NCBI GenBank assembly: GCA_965153455.1
Contig: OZ234493.1
Span: 12,142,213 to 12,206,212, forward strand
Reading direction: 5' to 3'
DNA: 64,000 bases
Source: Sphagnum compactum
Taxonomy: Eukaryota
Positions 49,890-63,282 of this stretch are shown here, piece after piece. Below the pieces are notes generated by a model, which was not told where the DNA came from, made no database searches, and saw only the letters and a program-made list of their open reading frames with translations. Both the position numbers and the translations under genes were made by a program. The stretch's first letter is position 1; each line of letters starts with the position of its first letter.

Positions 49890-52800
49890 TCACTGTGATT
49901 CTTCTTCTTCTTCTTCTTCTGGCATTTCTAAGTTGTAAGGATGCTTCCTTCCCAACAGCTCGCTGGCATGCATCCTTGTATTCTGTCTAACTGGCTGGCC
50001 AGGCTTAGGAGCTTCATCAAAAGCCTGAACTCCTTTTCCATAGTAAGGAAGACAACAATCTTCATGCAAGGTATGAGAAGTAGTTGAAGGGTTTTGTTCC
50101 TGAGCCACAAAATCAGTGATTGCAGCTTTTGTTGCTAAATCAACTGACTGCTGTCGCCGTGCATCATCCTTTTTCCTGTGAATTGCTGCTTTGTAGAGAG
50201 CTTTTGCTATGGCTGTTTTTCTGGAGGTCCTTGCCAGAAGAGTTGAGCCACGCAAACACTTTGCCAGATTCGGAAGTTTAGTCTGGTTTGGATGGGGGCT
50301 CTTCCAGCTGCAATTTGGAGGAGTAGCGAGTCCACTTGCATCACAGATTCGATGCTGGTCCTGTGAGGCATTTGATGAATGCTTTTTGACATCAATGTCC
50401 AGGACAGAGAAAATATGGACCTTGAAGATAAGCTTGCTGGGATCTGTGAGTTCAAGCACACAAACATCCCCTTCTTGTATACGATGTGCAATGGAGAAGG
50501 TTCTCCATCCAGTTAAGCAAGGTCGCCTGACATTTCCAGTCCATGTTGCTGTCCATGTCTGACCTATTGAGTCCACAAGCGTTGACTTGGCAAGCTTCTG
50601 AGGCATCCAGAGCTTCGCAAAATCCATGGGTATGGACTGCCACCAGGATCCCACACAACAACAACAACAACCCCCAACCCATGGACCCTATTGCTCAGGA
50701 AAGTCTCTTAGCACACATTGCTGTTTCATGTGCAATCCATGTGCATTAAGGTCAGAGTCTCCTCCCCCTCCTCTGTTACAGGGTGAAAAGTTACAATTCC
50801 TGTCAACAAGATTTGAGGAGTATGCCTGTGACCACAAGAATTCTACATCACTTCTGCAGGATACCATAACTTGGAAAGTGGAGGCTCTTATGAGCACTGC
50901 CACTCTTAAGAGCATCGCCACCCCAGACATTGAAGTAGGATAAGCCTTGGGATGAGCACTCACCAGAACAAAATGTTGAGACACAGAGTAGCACACTGTG
51001 AAACTTGGGTTCTTGACCTTGAATTTGTAGGCGGCCAGAATGTCTCTACACTTATCACCTTCAGAAATAGGATGGTGTCTTCGAGATGCAAGTGCCACCT
51101 TACTGTGATCTTCTACAAACTGATCACCTGGTGACGTTTTGTCTTGTCTGTGGATTGATTTGCTTTGCAAGGATGTTGAAGCAGAGGAGATTCTGCCCAA
51201 CAACTCTCCATCTGCAAATGCATTCTGCAGTCTGTTGTTGTCATCATCCCTTCTGAAGATATGCACTAAGATTGTCAGCTCTGTGAAGTTGGTAACTTCA
51301 AAGACACAAACGTCTCCTGCTTGAAGATAGTGATCAGATGCGAATGTTGACCACCCATCAGTCAGCGATCCCCTGTTTAGTCTTGGATTCCAAATTGCTG
51401 AATACAAGTTGCCAGCACTGTCAACCAGAGTTGCTTCTGTGGTGATATCTGGCATCCCAAGCAATGAGGCTGGTAAAGGCTGCAGAGCAAACGATATTTT
51501 CAGTATGAATGAGATCCTCCAACATTGCAATGCAACATTTATAGTTACTCCTTTTCCATTCAGTCTTCTTCTCATGGACAGGCACTATGGAGATTCAAGT
51601 TGTAACAAGTTGCAGTGGTTTTCTGGAGCACAACCTTCCCTCTGCAGTTCCTGCTCATGTGTGGTTTGAGCAGAGTTCCTCAATCCCTTCTAGTTTATAT
51701 TTTCTTGATCTAATAGACATCAGTTTCCAAAAGAATATGTTCATCACTCGAAATTGATATGTGCACTGGTTCATTGTCTTATTATGCTTTAGTATATCAG
51801 CTCTAAGCATGAGCACCAGCCACAAGACTCTCTTTTTGTAAAAAAGACTGCACACTTTGTCCAGATACCAAAAGAAGTATGTGACTGATTCAAGTGCAGT
51901 AGCTTGATGTTTCAGAGACCATGTAAATTGAAGAATTTGCAAACCTGGAGGAGGTACAGAGTACAGAGGTAAATTACTTACAATGGTGGAATTGAGAAGA
52001 ACATGTAAATCTGCTAAGATGACAGCATCATGGGGATTTGTGGAATTCAATGCCTTTGACCACTCAACAGGCTTGTAGTTTCTTTGAGCCCATGATCTCC
52101 TGCTTCTTGAATCAGTTGGCATTCCTTCTTGTGGTTTCATAGCTGGTACTCTTTCTGTAGACAGACCAACGCTATGGCTCAGACTTCTCTCAATTGGATC
52201 AGTGAGCCAGAAATATGTAGTGTGACCACTTGCATATACACTTAATACAAAATCAACTGTGTTAGTGATTGATACTTCACTAAACAATCATAAGCAGGGA
52301 TGGTACTAACACACCTCCTCCTGTTTTCTGAGTGTCACTATCCTTGTTGCTGCTGTCTTTTCCTCCTCTTTGGACACTGAGCATCTTCTCTTTAGACTCT
52401 GCAATGCCTGTGTTTCTTAGACTGGCTATATACCCAGCTATCATTGTGGACTCAGTCAGAGCATCTAGTAATGGTGATGCCAGCTTTTCCTCTTTACTGC
52501 AGTTGCTGATTTCTCTAGTTTTTTTGGGTGCTGTGAGCCTTGCTGCTCTGATCATCTCATTTTTGTCACAGGAATCATCTGATGTACAACCTGGATCAAA
52601 TTCTGGAAGCTTTGCAGCTGGCCTTTTGGCTCTTGGAGGTGTTTGTTCCAACACGATGACATCATCCTCTTGCCTTGCCTTTCCTTGACCCCTGGTAGTT
52701 AAGGAGTTGGACACAACCCCTTCCATAATGCTGTGCTGCCAGCCCTTCACACTGGCCACATAATCTTCCAAGCGCAAGATGCGAACAAAGACATTTATGT

Positions 52801-54995
52801 TGTTGGGATTTTTCAGCTCCAAGACACAGATATCACCTTCTTTTAGGCTTTGATGTTGGGCAAAATCAAACCAACCCATTTGAAACCGTGCTGTTGCTCC
52901 ACATGGGTTGAAGACAACAGGCCACTTCCTGCCACACATGTCTACTAGAAGTATTTTTGTCTTCCTTCCTGGCAACCATTTGCTCGAAAAACGTTTTGGA
53001 ACGATCTGCAAAGGAAAGACGCAAATCACAGATGTTTTGGAGTGGTTCAGGATGAACCCAATTACTGTAGATTGCAAATAGAAGAAATGCCACCACCCAT
53101 GTCCATGGGCAGAAAGCTTGGTCATGTCATGGTGACTTGGTAGAGAAAAAAGCAAAGTGATAAAAGAGACTTGAAACTAACAATGCATCTGCAATAGTAT
53201 TTGCTTCAGGAATACTTGACCAATTGCGGAAGAGCAGTGAGAGCAGTACTGCATCAGAAGTCAGAAACTGAGATCATTAAAGGTGCACAAAATGAAGGAA
53301 CTCACCGGACAGCCTGTATTGATATAAGTCTTGCTCATGAAGATTATAGCAGACGGGTTTCTGTTCTCGATTGCCTTTGCAGCCCTCACCATTTCTTGCC
53401 TATTGAAGTTCTCCTCAGCTCCCAGCTGTGTTTGAGAGGGACCAGAGAACATTGTCAGGCTTTCAGCTTCTGACTGTAAACCTTCAGGTACCTGTGTAAA
53501 AAATATATATGAGTGCACTGTGAAGATTACATTTGAAGATTATATGAGAAGCAGTTTTGAGCAGGCTGAAGGACAATCAGAAAATAAGCTTCTTTCAGAG
53601 ATTGATGCTACAAAAAAACTTGTTGTCAAGGATCTGTGGGAAGACTACAAGAAGAGGATCTGATTTTCTAAAGCAGCAGAGGGGGACGCAGGGAGCTATA
53701 GAACAGAAACATGAAGAAGCTCAATGACATGGAAATCAAAGAGAAAGAATAGGTACTCCATGCAAAGTGAAGCACGCAGTTGGAAGACAAGGAGAGCTAC
53801 TCGTGGATGTGTATTGGCTGACCTCCTCAGAAACGTGCTGCTGCTGGAATTGCTGCTTCAGATCAGATTGCAATGTCTCTCTCTGATGCCGTCGTTGTTG
53901 TCCGGGAATGTTGCCTGCAGATTCAGCAGATGGCTTTGCAGCAGACTTTAGCATGTTGAACTGTTCGCGTTTGTCCTCCTCCTCCGTGCCCTCCTCGTTA
54001 TATGTCTTTGGCGCTGGAGTTTTTCCTGGCACTGGCTTCTCTTGTTGTACAACAGGCGGCGGCGGAGGAGACGGCAATCTCTCAAAGAACAACTCCGGTT
54101 GGTCCAAGAATTGTTGCATTTGTTCCAGCTTTTCTTCGTCTTCCGATTGCTGCTGACCAAGGCCTTTGCTGAGACTTGTTCCGGTTCCAGACGGCTTCTC
54201 CCTGAAACCAGAGGTGAATCCACCATTTCTGCGCTTGCAGCAGGATGCATCTTCCTCCTCCGCCTCCTCCGGTTCTGGTAACTTACGCTTTCTCCCTGCA
54301 GCTTGAAGCTTGTTGCAGGGATCAGCAGCAATCTCAGTCTGCACTGGATTCCTGTTTCTCAACTTCTTCCGATAATCTGAAGAGGCTGGTGGATCACTCT
54401 CATGGCTGTCTGCAGCGTCCCTGAGAACACAACGTGGATGCTTGGAGAAAGTTCGCGGCGAGTCGTTGAAGGTCCTCCTGTGCTTGTCAGGATCTTTCAT
54501 GTCACCAGGAAAAACAGTTTTCTGACAACCCTGCTTGTCATAGATCTTCAGAACGAAGTGCGAGTTTCGCGTAAGGTTGAATATCACGCTGTCGCCGGAT
54601 TGTATTCCGTGGTAATCGGAGAATTCTCGAAAGCCTGATCGCAGACCGAAGGCATTGTTGAACGCCAGCAACGGCACTTGACAGCTGAACCCCGTCGGCC
54701 CTTCCAACGTTACCTTGTCGTCAATTCTGTACCCGTGCTGCTCCATGAACAAGCTCGGAATCCGCTGCAACAACAACAACAAAAATGCATGGAACACTCA
54801 GAAAAAAACATGATCACCGATGCAATTCTCCGATCTCAACACCAAAGGTTGTCGGAACCAAAATATTCAGATCGCAAAATAATGCTGCTGCTGCTCCTGC
54901 TGCTGCTGACGTTCGATTTGCACAAAAGAAAGCAAGCAGATGCAGAGATAAGATTGCTTTGCAGAAACGCTCCAGAAAAGCAAAAAGCACATCAT

Positions 54996-55026
<31 letters not shown>

Positions 55027-55506
55027 ATCATGTTCTTCTTCTCCTTCTGCTTCTTCTGTTTTTTCTTCTTCTTACTTACAAATACATTTTGATCACAAAT
55101 GCTGCTGCTGTTCATGATGATGATTGATTTGCACAAAAGAAAGCAAGCAAATAGATGCAGAGACAAAATTACTTTGCAGAAATGCTCCAGAAAATCAAAA
55201 AACACAAAACAACATCATCTTCTTCTTCTTCTTCTTCTTCTATTTCTTCTTCTTTTTGCTTACCAGGAATCTGGTTCTGTGGTCTTCATTGCTATCCAGA
55301 ATGAGCTTGATGAAAGATGGTGCTGGCAGCTGCATTTGATTACCACCACCACCACCACCAGAAGGAGCATGATGATGACGATGATGAAGAAGAAGAGGAT
55401 CATTACTAGACTGATGATTTGCAAAACAGAAATTTGTGCACTTTGTGCAAGCACTGAACTTTTTCCCATAAGCTACTGCTTTTCTACTATTGCTTCCAGG
55501 CTCCAT
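49890..55506 (-). CDS. Multi-B3-domain (REM-like) DNA-binding protein with 4 B3 domains; exons about 55506-55264, 54764-53823, 53491-53306, 53005-52311, 52228-51982, 51479-50964, 50636-49890 (exon 4/5 junction and 3' end uncertain)
   Basis: N-terminal CxxCxxxCxxxH motif. B3 signatures: PSFIKL..RIPSLF..GFREFSDYHGIQSGDSVIF; GWFDFAQHQSLKEGDICVLEL; GWSTFASDHYLQAGDVCVFEV; GWRTFSIAHRIQEGDVCVLEL. Confidence 0.85.
54878..55255. repeat. Two tandem copies of about 210 bp within B3 gene intron 1
   Basis: GATTTGCACAAAAGAAAGCAAGCA..GATGCAGAGA...CTTTGCAGAAA.GCTCCAGAAAA occurs at about 54915 and 55126. Confidence 0.8.
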
Positions 55507-55644
55507 ATCTATGGCACTGCACCAAAAGAGGAGAAGAAGAAGAAGACAAAGAAGATGATCATCAGCTGATCAGCTGACTCTCTTCTCTGGAAAGCATAGA
55601 AATACACCAAAAATGCAGGAGAAAAATCTGGTGTCCTCCCCCTG

Positions 55645-56436
55645 CCCACCCGGAGGCTATTAGGCTCAATCAGGGTCTTTTGAACGAACGCATGAGAAAT
55701 TCCACCTTCCCACCCTGAGCTTCTTATGGTCAATTGGTCTTTCCAATGCATGATTCATTCTGCCCCCCTTCATTCACCCTGAGCTTCTTCAGGTCAACTG
55801 GTCTTTCCAATGCATGATACATACTGCCCCCTTCACCCTGAGCTTTTTAGGGTCAACTGGTCTTTCCAATGCATGAGCCATTCTGCCCCCCTCTGCCCTG
55901 AGCTTCTTAGGGTCAACTGGTCTTTCAAATGCATGAGGAATTCAAATGCAAAATACCCCTAATTTCTCCCAATTTCCAAGTACATCAAATAATGGCCATT
56001 TGGTCGGTCCTGAGTGAGACTGTGCCTTTCACCCTAAGCTTCTCAGGGTCAAAAGAGTGCCAAGCATGTCAGATAATGGGCCATTGGTCAGATATGAAAA
56101 AGAGAGAGATAGATTCCGCCCTTGACCCTGAGTTTCTTTGGGTCATTGCATTTTCAAGTGCATGTGACTGGCACATAAAAACATCCATAGGTCCTAACCA
56201 TTACTCGGAGTTCTGCCATTCACCCTAAGCTTCTTCAGGTCAACGATGCTTTCAAATGCATGCGACCGGCACATAGAGCATTGCCAGATCTATCAAATAG
56301 TGAGAGAGATTCTGCCCTTCACCCGAAGCTTCTTAGGGGCAATGGAGTGCCAAGTATGTTAGGTATTGGTCACTGGTTGTTGGACCTGATGGAGAGAGAG
56401 AGATTAAGCCCTTCACCCTTAGCTTCTCAGGGTCAA
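55645..56436. repeat. Array of about 10 palindromic cores (ACCCTRAG-CTT-CTYAGGGTCAA) upstream of the B3 gene
   Basis: Cores at about 55648 (degenerate), 55712, 55776, 55835, 55895, 56031, 56125, 56222, 56321 and 56415. Confidence 0.88.
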
Positions 56437-57309
56437 TATGTATTGGTGTAGTCGAAGACAATTTCAGACAAATGGTAATGATACAACAAAAATTTCTCTC
56501 TAGAAAAATATTTTAAATTATGTATTCGATTACCCAACTAATTAAATTGAATTTTTAATTTTAAAAAAAAAATTCCAATGAGAAAGATATGAATTATGAA
56601 AAAAAATCACATGAAAAAATGATACATAGCAGACAACCAAGAACACACAATTTCAGTTTTATGCCAATTTTTTTTTCAAAAAATCTTACATGCTCATCAT
56701 GTACTACTATTTTTTGATGATGGGTTTTTTTTTTTTTTTTCAAAAATCTCATATGCTGATGATGTACTATTTTTTAATGGAATTTTTTTTTTCAAAAATT
56801 TCACATGCTCATCATGTACTATTTTATTCATTGATGATGGGAAAATAAAATGAAATAAAATAAATTTTTGACATGCTTGTTAGTGTACTACTAATTACAT
56901 ATTAGTACTACACACACACACACACACACACACTATACAATTGCTTGCAATCGCAGTCATCTAAACTAGCCAGTTGGTGCAAATTGCTGGCAGACGCAAA
57001 GTTGGTCGTGCGGTTTCAATGCATTTGTTCAAGTTTTTTGAATACATAAGGACTCAAATATCATCAACATTAAGTTTAGTGTACAAACTCTTTTTAAATC
57101 TTAGCATGTTTTTCCTCACGTAAAAGTGAGGACAACAATTATGGGGGAGACTAGTCCGGATGGAAAAAACCATGGTAGAAAATAATTTTTAATGCTCAAA
57201 ATATTTTTGATCAAAAGTTGTAAGACAATAATTTTTATTTAAAAAAAATATTGGCACAAAAAAAAACATGTTAGAGAACATACCCAAAACCCTATTTCTT
57301 TGGGATTTT

Positions 57310-57615
57310 TTTGGCCTTGCCTACTACCAAGGCAAGGGATATTGTGTTTAGATTCATTAATAGAGTATAGTAGCTTAAGGGATTTTTTTAGGCCCCTAGT
57401 TAATAATAATAGGTCTATTTATTTTTATATGAGGATTTTTGAAAGATGACATTTTGGCTTGTGTTGAAACTTGAAATTAGTTATAATAGAGTTATAATAA
57501 TATCTTGAAGGATTTTGGTTTCTTTTAGAGGATTTTTTGAAGATTGTATTTTTGCATGGTGAAATAATACTTGAGTTTCATAATTCTTCTTTTGCCTTAA
57601 GATTACCTTTTAATG
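57310..57615 (-). repeat. Dispersed AT-rich hairpin-ended repeat (copy 2, inverted relative to 24483-24810)
   Basis: Its reverse complement is colinear with copy 1. Hairpin CCTTGCCT-ACTACCA-AGGCAAGG. Confidence 0.85.
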
Positions 57616-59628
57616 TAAATGGCAATAATGCCTTAATGAGACACACCCATTGCTTTTTCATTTCTTCATCTTATTTTTATTTTTTCCCTCATTCAAATGA
57701 AGTTGTGAATGTTTGCGCCTACTCAACTTGTTCTTCTTCAATCCAATATTCGAAATCCTATTAATTACATTCGATGCTTACTCTCTCTCTCTCTCTCTCT
57801 CGTCCCCTTCCAAGATGGATGGTGATACTTCCCCATGTACCCTATTCAAAGGAATTCCTAACAGCTAATACAAATTGTTCAAATGTTGAGCAAAGTAGGA
57901 CGAGAGAGATAGAGAGAGAACAACAACCCATGCCATTACTACTAATTAGTACCTTTGTTGAGTACTTTGAAGCATAGTGTGCTATCTTGTTCAAAGGTCT
58001 ATTGGAAAACCATTTAGCTCAACAACAATGGTGTGACAATTCCTTTTCTTTTCCTATGACAATTAGGTGAGGAGTAGTACAATAATAAGTATAGACCGTG
58101 AACTTGGACAATGTGGGTGAGGAAAAAAAAGGACTTGATGTTGTATGAAGTTATTATTATTATCATTACTACCCTCTCATATATGCCAATAACCCCCCCA
58201 ACTCATGAGCTTCTTCAAAAGAGATTTTTAATTTTATTTATGTGGAAATTTCCCTTTTTTGAACCTTTTTAGTGACCTCCAACCATTGGTGTTTTTTTGC
58301 AAAAATATTTGATACAACAAATTGACCAATTTTTCAATAAATTAGCAAAATTAGTGAAATTTTCACTTAGGGAAAATAGAAAAAACAAAACAAAACCCCC
58401 AAATTTTTCTCAATTTTTTTGTAAAATTTAAGAATCCCACAATATTTGGGTGACCTTCTGGGTGCCTATTTTTTCTAAATTTGGCGATTTCAGGAAAAAA
58501 AGATTAAAATTAAAAATTAAGAAATCACCATAAAAAGCTGGCAACTCTGGATCATTTTTTTTCACAAAAATCCTTTGTATGAGTTTGCATTGAATTATTT
58601 TTTTGAGTCACTAATTGGTGGTGACAATTTGCAAAACAAAAATGCTCTGACAATAGATCGCTGCTTAAAATCCTAAACAGCTGATCTCAAACTCCCTCTT
58701 TCGCTTTTAAGTCGATTGTGTGTTATATCATTAAACCATTCATCATGGGTTGCATTTTTTGGAAATAGTTGAAGAATGATCAGAATTTTTGTTTTTCTCA
58801 CAAAGAAAACTACCATGTCATGCATTACAAGATTGACACTAGACATCATCAAAACTAAAAAGTCGCACAAAAAAGACATACATATGGTAGTTTACTTTAT
58901 GGGCATGTGTTAGATGGAGTTCCCTTCCACACTTGCACAAGGGCAAATAGAAGGAACATCCGTCAATTGAAGGAACTCTTCCAGTTTAGGGACAAGCATC
59001 CATTCCATTGATAACAAAGGCAGAAATTTGGAAGTGCTTTATGCTGGTGAAGGCTTCTTCTTCCCTTGGTGCTCACAAGGTTCCTCATTAGGATGAGGAA
59101 CTCAGCCTAATGACCTAGTTCCCCTTGGGTAGACGCCTTTCCTTACACCAAAATATTACAAGACAAGCAAGTGTAGTCATAAGGTTATGACTGTCACTCA
59201 CAAAAGTATCAGACCATCAGCTCCATCATGAATAGCAATGAGTGACTAGCTGCTACTCATAATCCTCAAATGTTCCTGAACTGATATTTGCAGCTTTCAC
59301 AAAAGCATTGAGTACATCTATGCCCCTCAATCCCCTACCAACTTGCATAAGACAAAACCCAAGAGCATGATCTACAGATACTAGAATGCAAACTGAAAGA
59401 AACGAATGCAATTTGAAAGAAACTTAGGTGAAGGCTACCCGAGCTAAGTGGTGGCAATGGATCTATTCTGACTGTTTTTTTGCTCCCTGATAAGGGGAAC
59501 TCATTCATGGGTTGAGTACACTGAGGCTCCTACAAATCAATTTGACAAATTGCTGTTCTTTGTAAGAATTGCAGAAACCAGGCAAAGGAGTGCTGCTGAC
59601 CCAATACCATCCTCATTTGCAACGTGCA

Positions 59629-61819
59629 TCAGATGGAAGTGTCCAGCCTTGGATTCACAAAGAGGCCGCGTACTGAAAACTTGTGGAAATTTGCACTCAG
59701 TGGGCAGGTGGGCAGCCAGCGCCACTCTGCAGGTTCCTTTGAAAAGTCACACACCATCACCTGCAAAAACAATATCCAACCAAAATACTGAGACCTGAAG
59801 TGTCTTCCTGAAGAAGAGATTATCAACAAGCTGGAACTGCTTCCAACTGCCCCCATAGGCATATTCTGAGAAAACGATGGTGATTCATTACCTGAGTGTG
59901 TGAGTCCTTGAAGAAGTAGACAAGATCAACATTACCAACACATTTGAGATCTGATGCATTCCTCTCCTTGGAGAACTGTAGGAAGTACTCATGTGGCATC
60001 TTTGCCACTGCCACCCACTGCTGGGTGCTACCCTGCATCAAAAGCTGCCAAATGTGAACATGTTCACAGATGCGTTGGGTTCCTACCCCACCTACCAACA
60101 TTAAATTGCCCCTGCGTTCTATGAGAAATGAACAGAAGAGGAATTTTGGTGGTGGTGCTGGGACCTCTGTCCAAACAGCTGTATTCATATTGTAGCCGAT
60201 GATGCTGTATGGTCTTCCTGATGTAAGGCAGTACAGAACCCCATTGCAAAAGATGGTATTTGAAGTCCACCATGTTAAATGGACAGTCAATTCCCGACCA
60301 GTCTTCCCTGTCACCTGCATACAATGGATATCACTGTGAATACCACAAAATACATGAAGAGATAATAGCACTCTCTACCACAAGCAATGTCTCCCAATTT
60401 TCAAAACTAGGTTCATGTAAGGCATCTGCATCATAAAATGGCTGCCTTGGGTGCTTACACCAAATTGCTCCTGCTTTAAGCTAAGTGCTTACACAAAAGC
60501 ATGAGGTGTGCAAAAAATCAGGCAAAGATCTGAAATTGCAGAAGTACCTCAGACATGGTTAAACTGATGTTTCGAAGGGTCTGAGTACACTACTAATTCC
60601 CTCAGTTCCAAAGCCCCCAGTTGTCACAAAAACCTCATGGATGCCAGAAACGGCCGTCCCCAAGAACAATGCACTCCAGGCCACACCAGGTGGGAGCAAG
60701 TTATACAATGCTCATGCACAGGCAGGTCACATTCATAACAAAATGGCTGGTGGTAAAACACAGATGGTAAAATCCAGCACAGCTATATAGCACTAGGCAC
60801 GAGCAAATGGAGAGCAAGCGCATCGATGATTTGTGACCCAGTATGCACACACACCAAAGATTCTCCTCTCATGTTTGTGTACAGCAGATGCTACTACAAT
60901 AGGTTTATGCATCCAAAGAGCTACACGTTAACCCTTCAGGGATGCATCTGACCAAAAAGAAGAGGTAAACCCTAAGGCAATTTGCTTTCTTTCTCTTCTC
61001 TGTGCATTCTTTCTTATAAACCCTAACCCTTTTCCCACCCCTCAACCCATCACAAAGGACTGAAACAAACAAAGAGCTGGAGCAACAACCATGAGAAGTT
61101 TTGGGCACAATAACACTTACCTGCCAGGAATCAGTCAAGGAGTCGTAAACCTCAGTAGTGCATTCATAGTCACCACCGCACTCAGACATTCCACCAGCCA
61201 CCACGATTTTGTAGCTCGAAGCATAGGTGTCCTCACAACAAACTCCCACAAGGGAATTCAGGCGTGTGTGGATCATGGAAGGGAGCTCTCGCCATGCCTG
61301 TGTCATGGGGTTACAAACTGCCAACACGCCCGCATTGTTCAAACCCCCTCTCACAAACAAAAGCTCCCCCACGGATGTTAATGGAAACCGAATGCATGGA
61401 GGCAGAAAAGAGAGGGGGAAGTTGTGCCATTTGTTCTGCAGTGGGTTATAGGCACAAGTATGCTCCCTGCAGTTGAAGCAAGAGCACATGAACAGCCATG
61501 CAGCAGGTCCTCTTGATGGGGTCTTCATGTAAGTTAGGGTAAAGGATTTTGACCTAATTCTCTTATCCCATGATCTGCACACTGCACGCATCTGAAACAG
61601 GTTTGGAATCGGCAGCCACAGAAGGATCTTGTCCACCAATTCCACAGGTAGCATGCTCCAGATGCATGCGTCCATCTGTTCTTCTTCAGCTTGTGAGGAT
61701 TCCACTCGAGCAGCTGTAGATGATGATGAGAGATTCAACCTAAAGCATGAGCTGGAGGTTTCAAGTCTGGAGGTGGCCTCATCGTCATCCCGGCTGTATA
61801 TTGCAACATTCTTAGCCAT
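59629..61819 (-). CDS. F-box/kelch-repeat-like protein; exons 61819-61121, 60314-59892, 59760-59629
   Basis: F-box IWSMLPVELVDKILLWLPIPNLFQMRAVCRSW; VCNPMTQAWRELPSM; YKIVVAGG; TEVYDSLTDSWQ; VAKMP; WRWLPTCP; C-terminal F..PRL. Confidence 0.9.
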
Positions 61820-62451
61820 GATGAAAGTGAGAGCAGCATCAGGCAACAACACACACTAGAACTGAAAACCCAGATGAGAATACAACACGCATTGCTGAAG
61901 CTCCGAAACCCCTTATTATTAGGATGGCTCAAATACCAGCCTTGGAGCAGGCACAGAAATCGGATCAAATCCTTGTGAGGTCAGAACACACTCAATACAC
62001 ATCCCAAGAAAACAACCCACAACAAGATCTCAAGAAAAAACCAACTCGACCGACCCAAATCTCCTAGCAACCACTACTCTTGACACTCTCCCGAGAACCC
62101 TAAATCCAGCTCTGACACTCTCCTGAGACATCCAGGCATTCATTCGATAGCTGGGAAAGCAGTGCAAATCACAGGCGCTTCATCAGAAGCTCCTCAGCAC
62201 GTGGAGATGGAGCTCAGGGATCCCAATTCCTCAACAAATCCCGTTCTCGACAGAATCTCGCTCCCGACACGGAGAGAGAGTACCAAAGAAAGCTCAGGGC
62301 AAGCCGGCCGGGCTTTGTAGCACACTGGTCGATCTAACCCCGGTTAATATCCTAACCGGAAGGGTTTGGTTATGTGAATCCTGGTTAAACTGACCACCCT
62401 GGTTAGCGGTCCATGTGAAATATTCCCACCAATTGAAAATGCAGGGCTACC

Positions 62452-62595
62452 CAAAATGGACCGTTTCACACTTTCCATAAAAATTGGCTCCCTGATGGCT
62501 GTCTTCACACTAAGACAACTTTCACACTTCTCACCCGAAATGGACTGTTTCACACTTTCCCTAGAGTTGGCTCCCTGATGACTCTTTTCACACAC
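62452..62595. repeat. About 84-bp tandem duplication in the divergent promoter between the F-box and NIPA genes
   Basis: AAATGGAC.GTTTCACACTTTCC.TA.A.TTGGCTCCCTGATG.CT.T.TTCACAC occurs twice. Confidence 0.75.
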
Positions 62596-63282
62596 GCACT
62601 CTTGCTCTCGCGCTCTCTCTCTCTCTCTCGCGGTCGATCGCTTCCCTGACGCGCACGCAGACGCTCACACGCGCTCGGAGATTGAGATTTTATTGATTAG
62701 TTTTCAGTGATTTGATGCTGCTCCATGATCATTTGGATTGGTCTTTTGGTGGGTTGTGCAAAATGAGCTTTTGTTGTTGTTGTGGTTGTTGCATTTCTTG
62801 AGTGGTGTTTTTTGTAGTCGGTGTGGAGGTTTTCTGGGGCTGCTGCTTGCCTCTTTGCTCCCTTGGTTTTGAAAGCTAGATAGATCACTCACAAGATCCA
62901 GATCTGGGGTTTTGTTTTGGTTGTGGATTTAGGGTTGACCAGAAGAAGCCATGGATCATAGCAGATCAGTCATGGGTCAATGAGCAGAGAGCAGAGAAGA
63001 ACCACCCACGGGAGCTTGGTTTTGAATCTATAGTTATGGCTGTGACGAAGTGGAGATCGCTGTAATCCCGATGTCATATTGAATTCCCAAGAAAAGCAAC
63101 TGGGAAAAGAGAGGGTGGCTGGTGTGTGGAAGGGGAAGCTTTGGGATGGGAGAGGAGCAAGTAAAGTGGAGAAGAGGAGCAGGAACTTAGAGAGGTTGAG
63201 GAGTGGGGAGAAGAAAGAAGGAAGGTGGGTGGGGGGGTGAGGGAGGGGAATTGGGGTCTGGTGAGGGTAGCCAGGAGCATCT

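Noticed and set aside
55645-56436. CRISPR array (palindromic repeats with spacers)
   Set aside because: Spacers are related to one another (degenerate tandem duplication), the cores vary and there are no cas genes. Kept as a regulatory-array finding instead.
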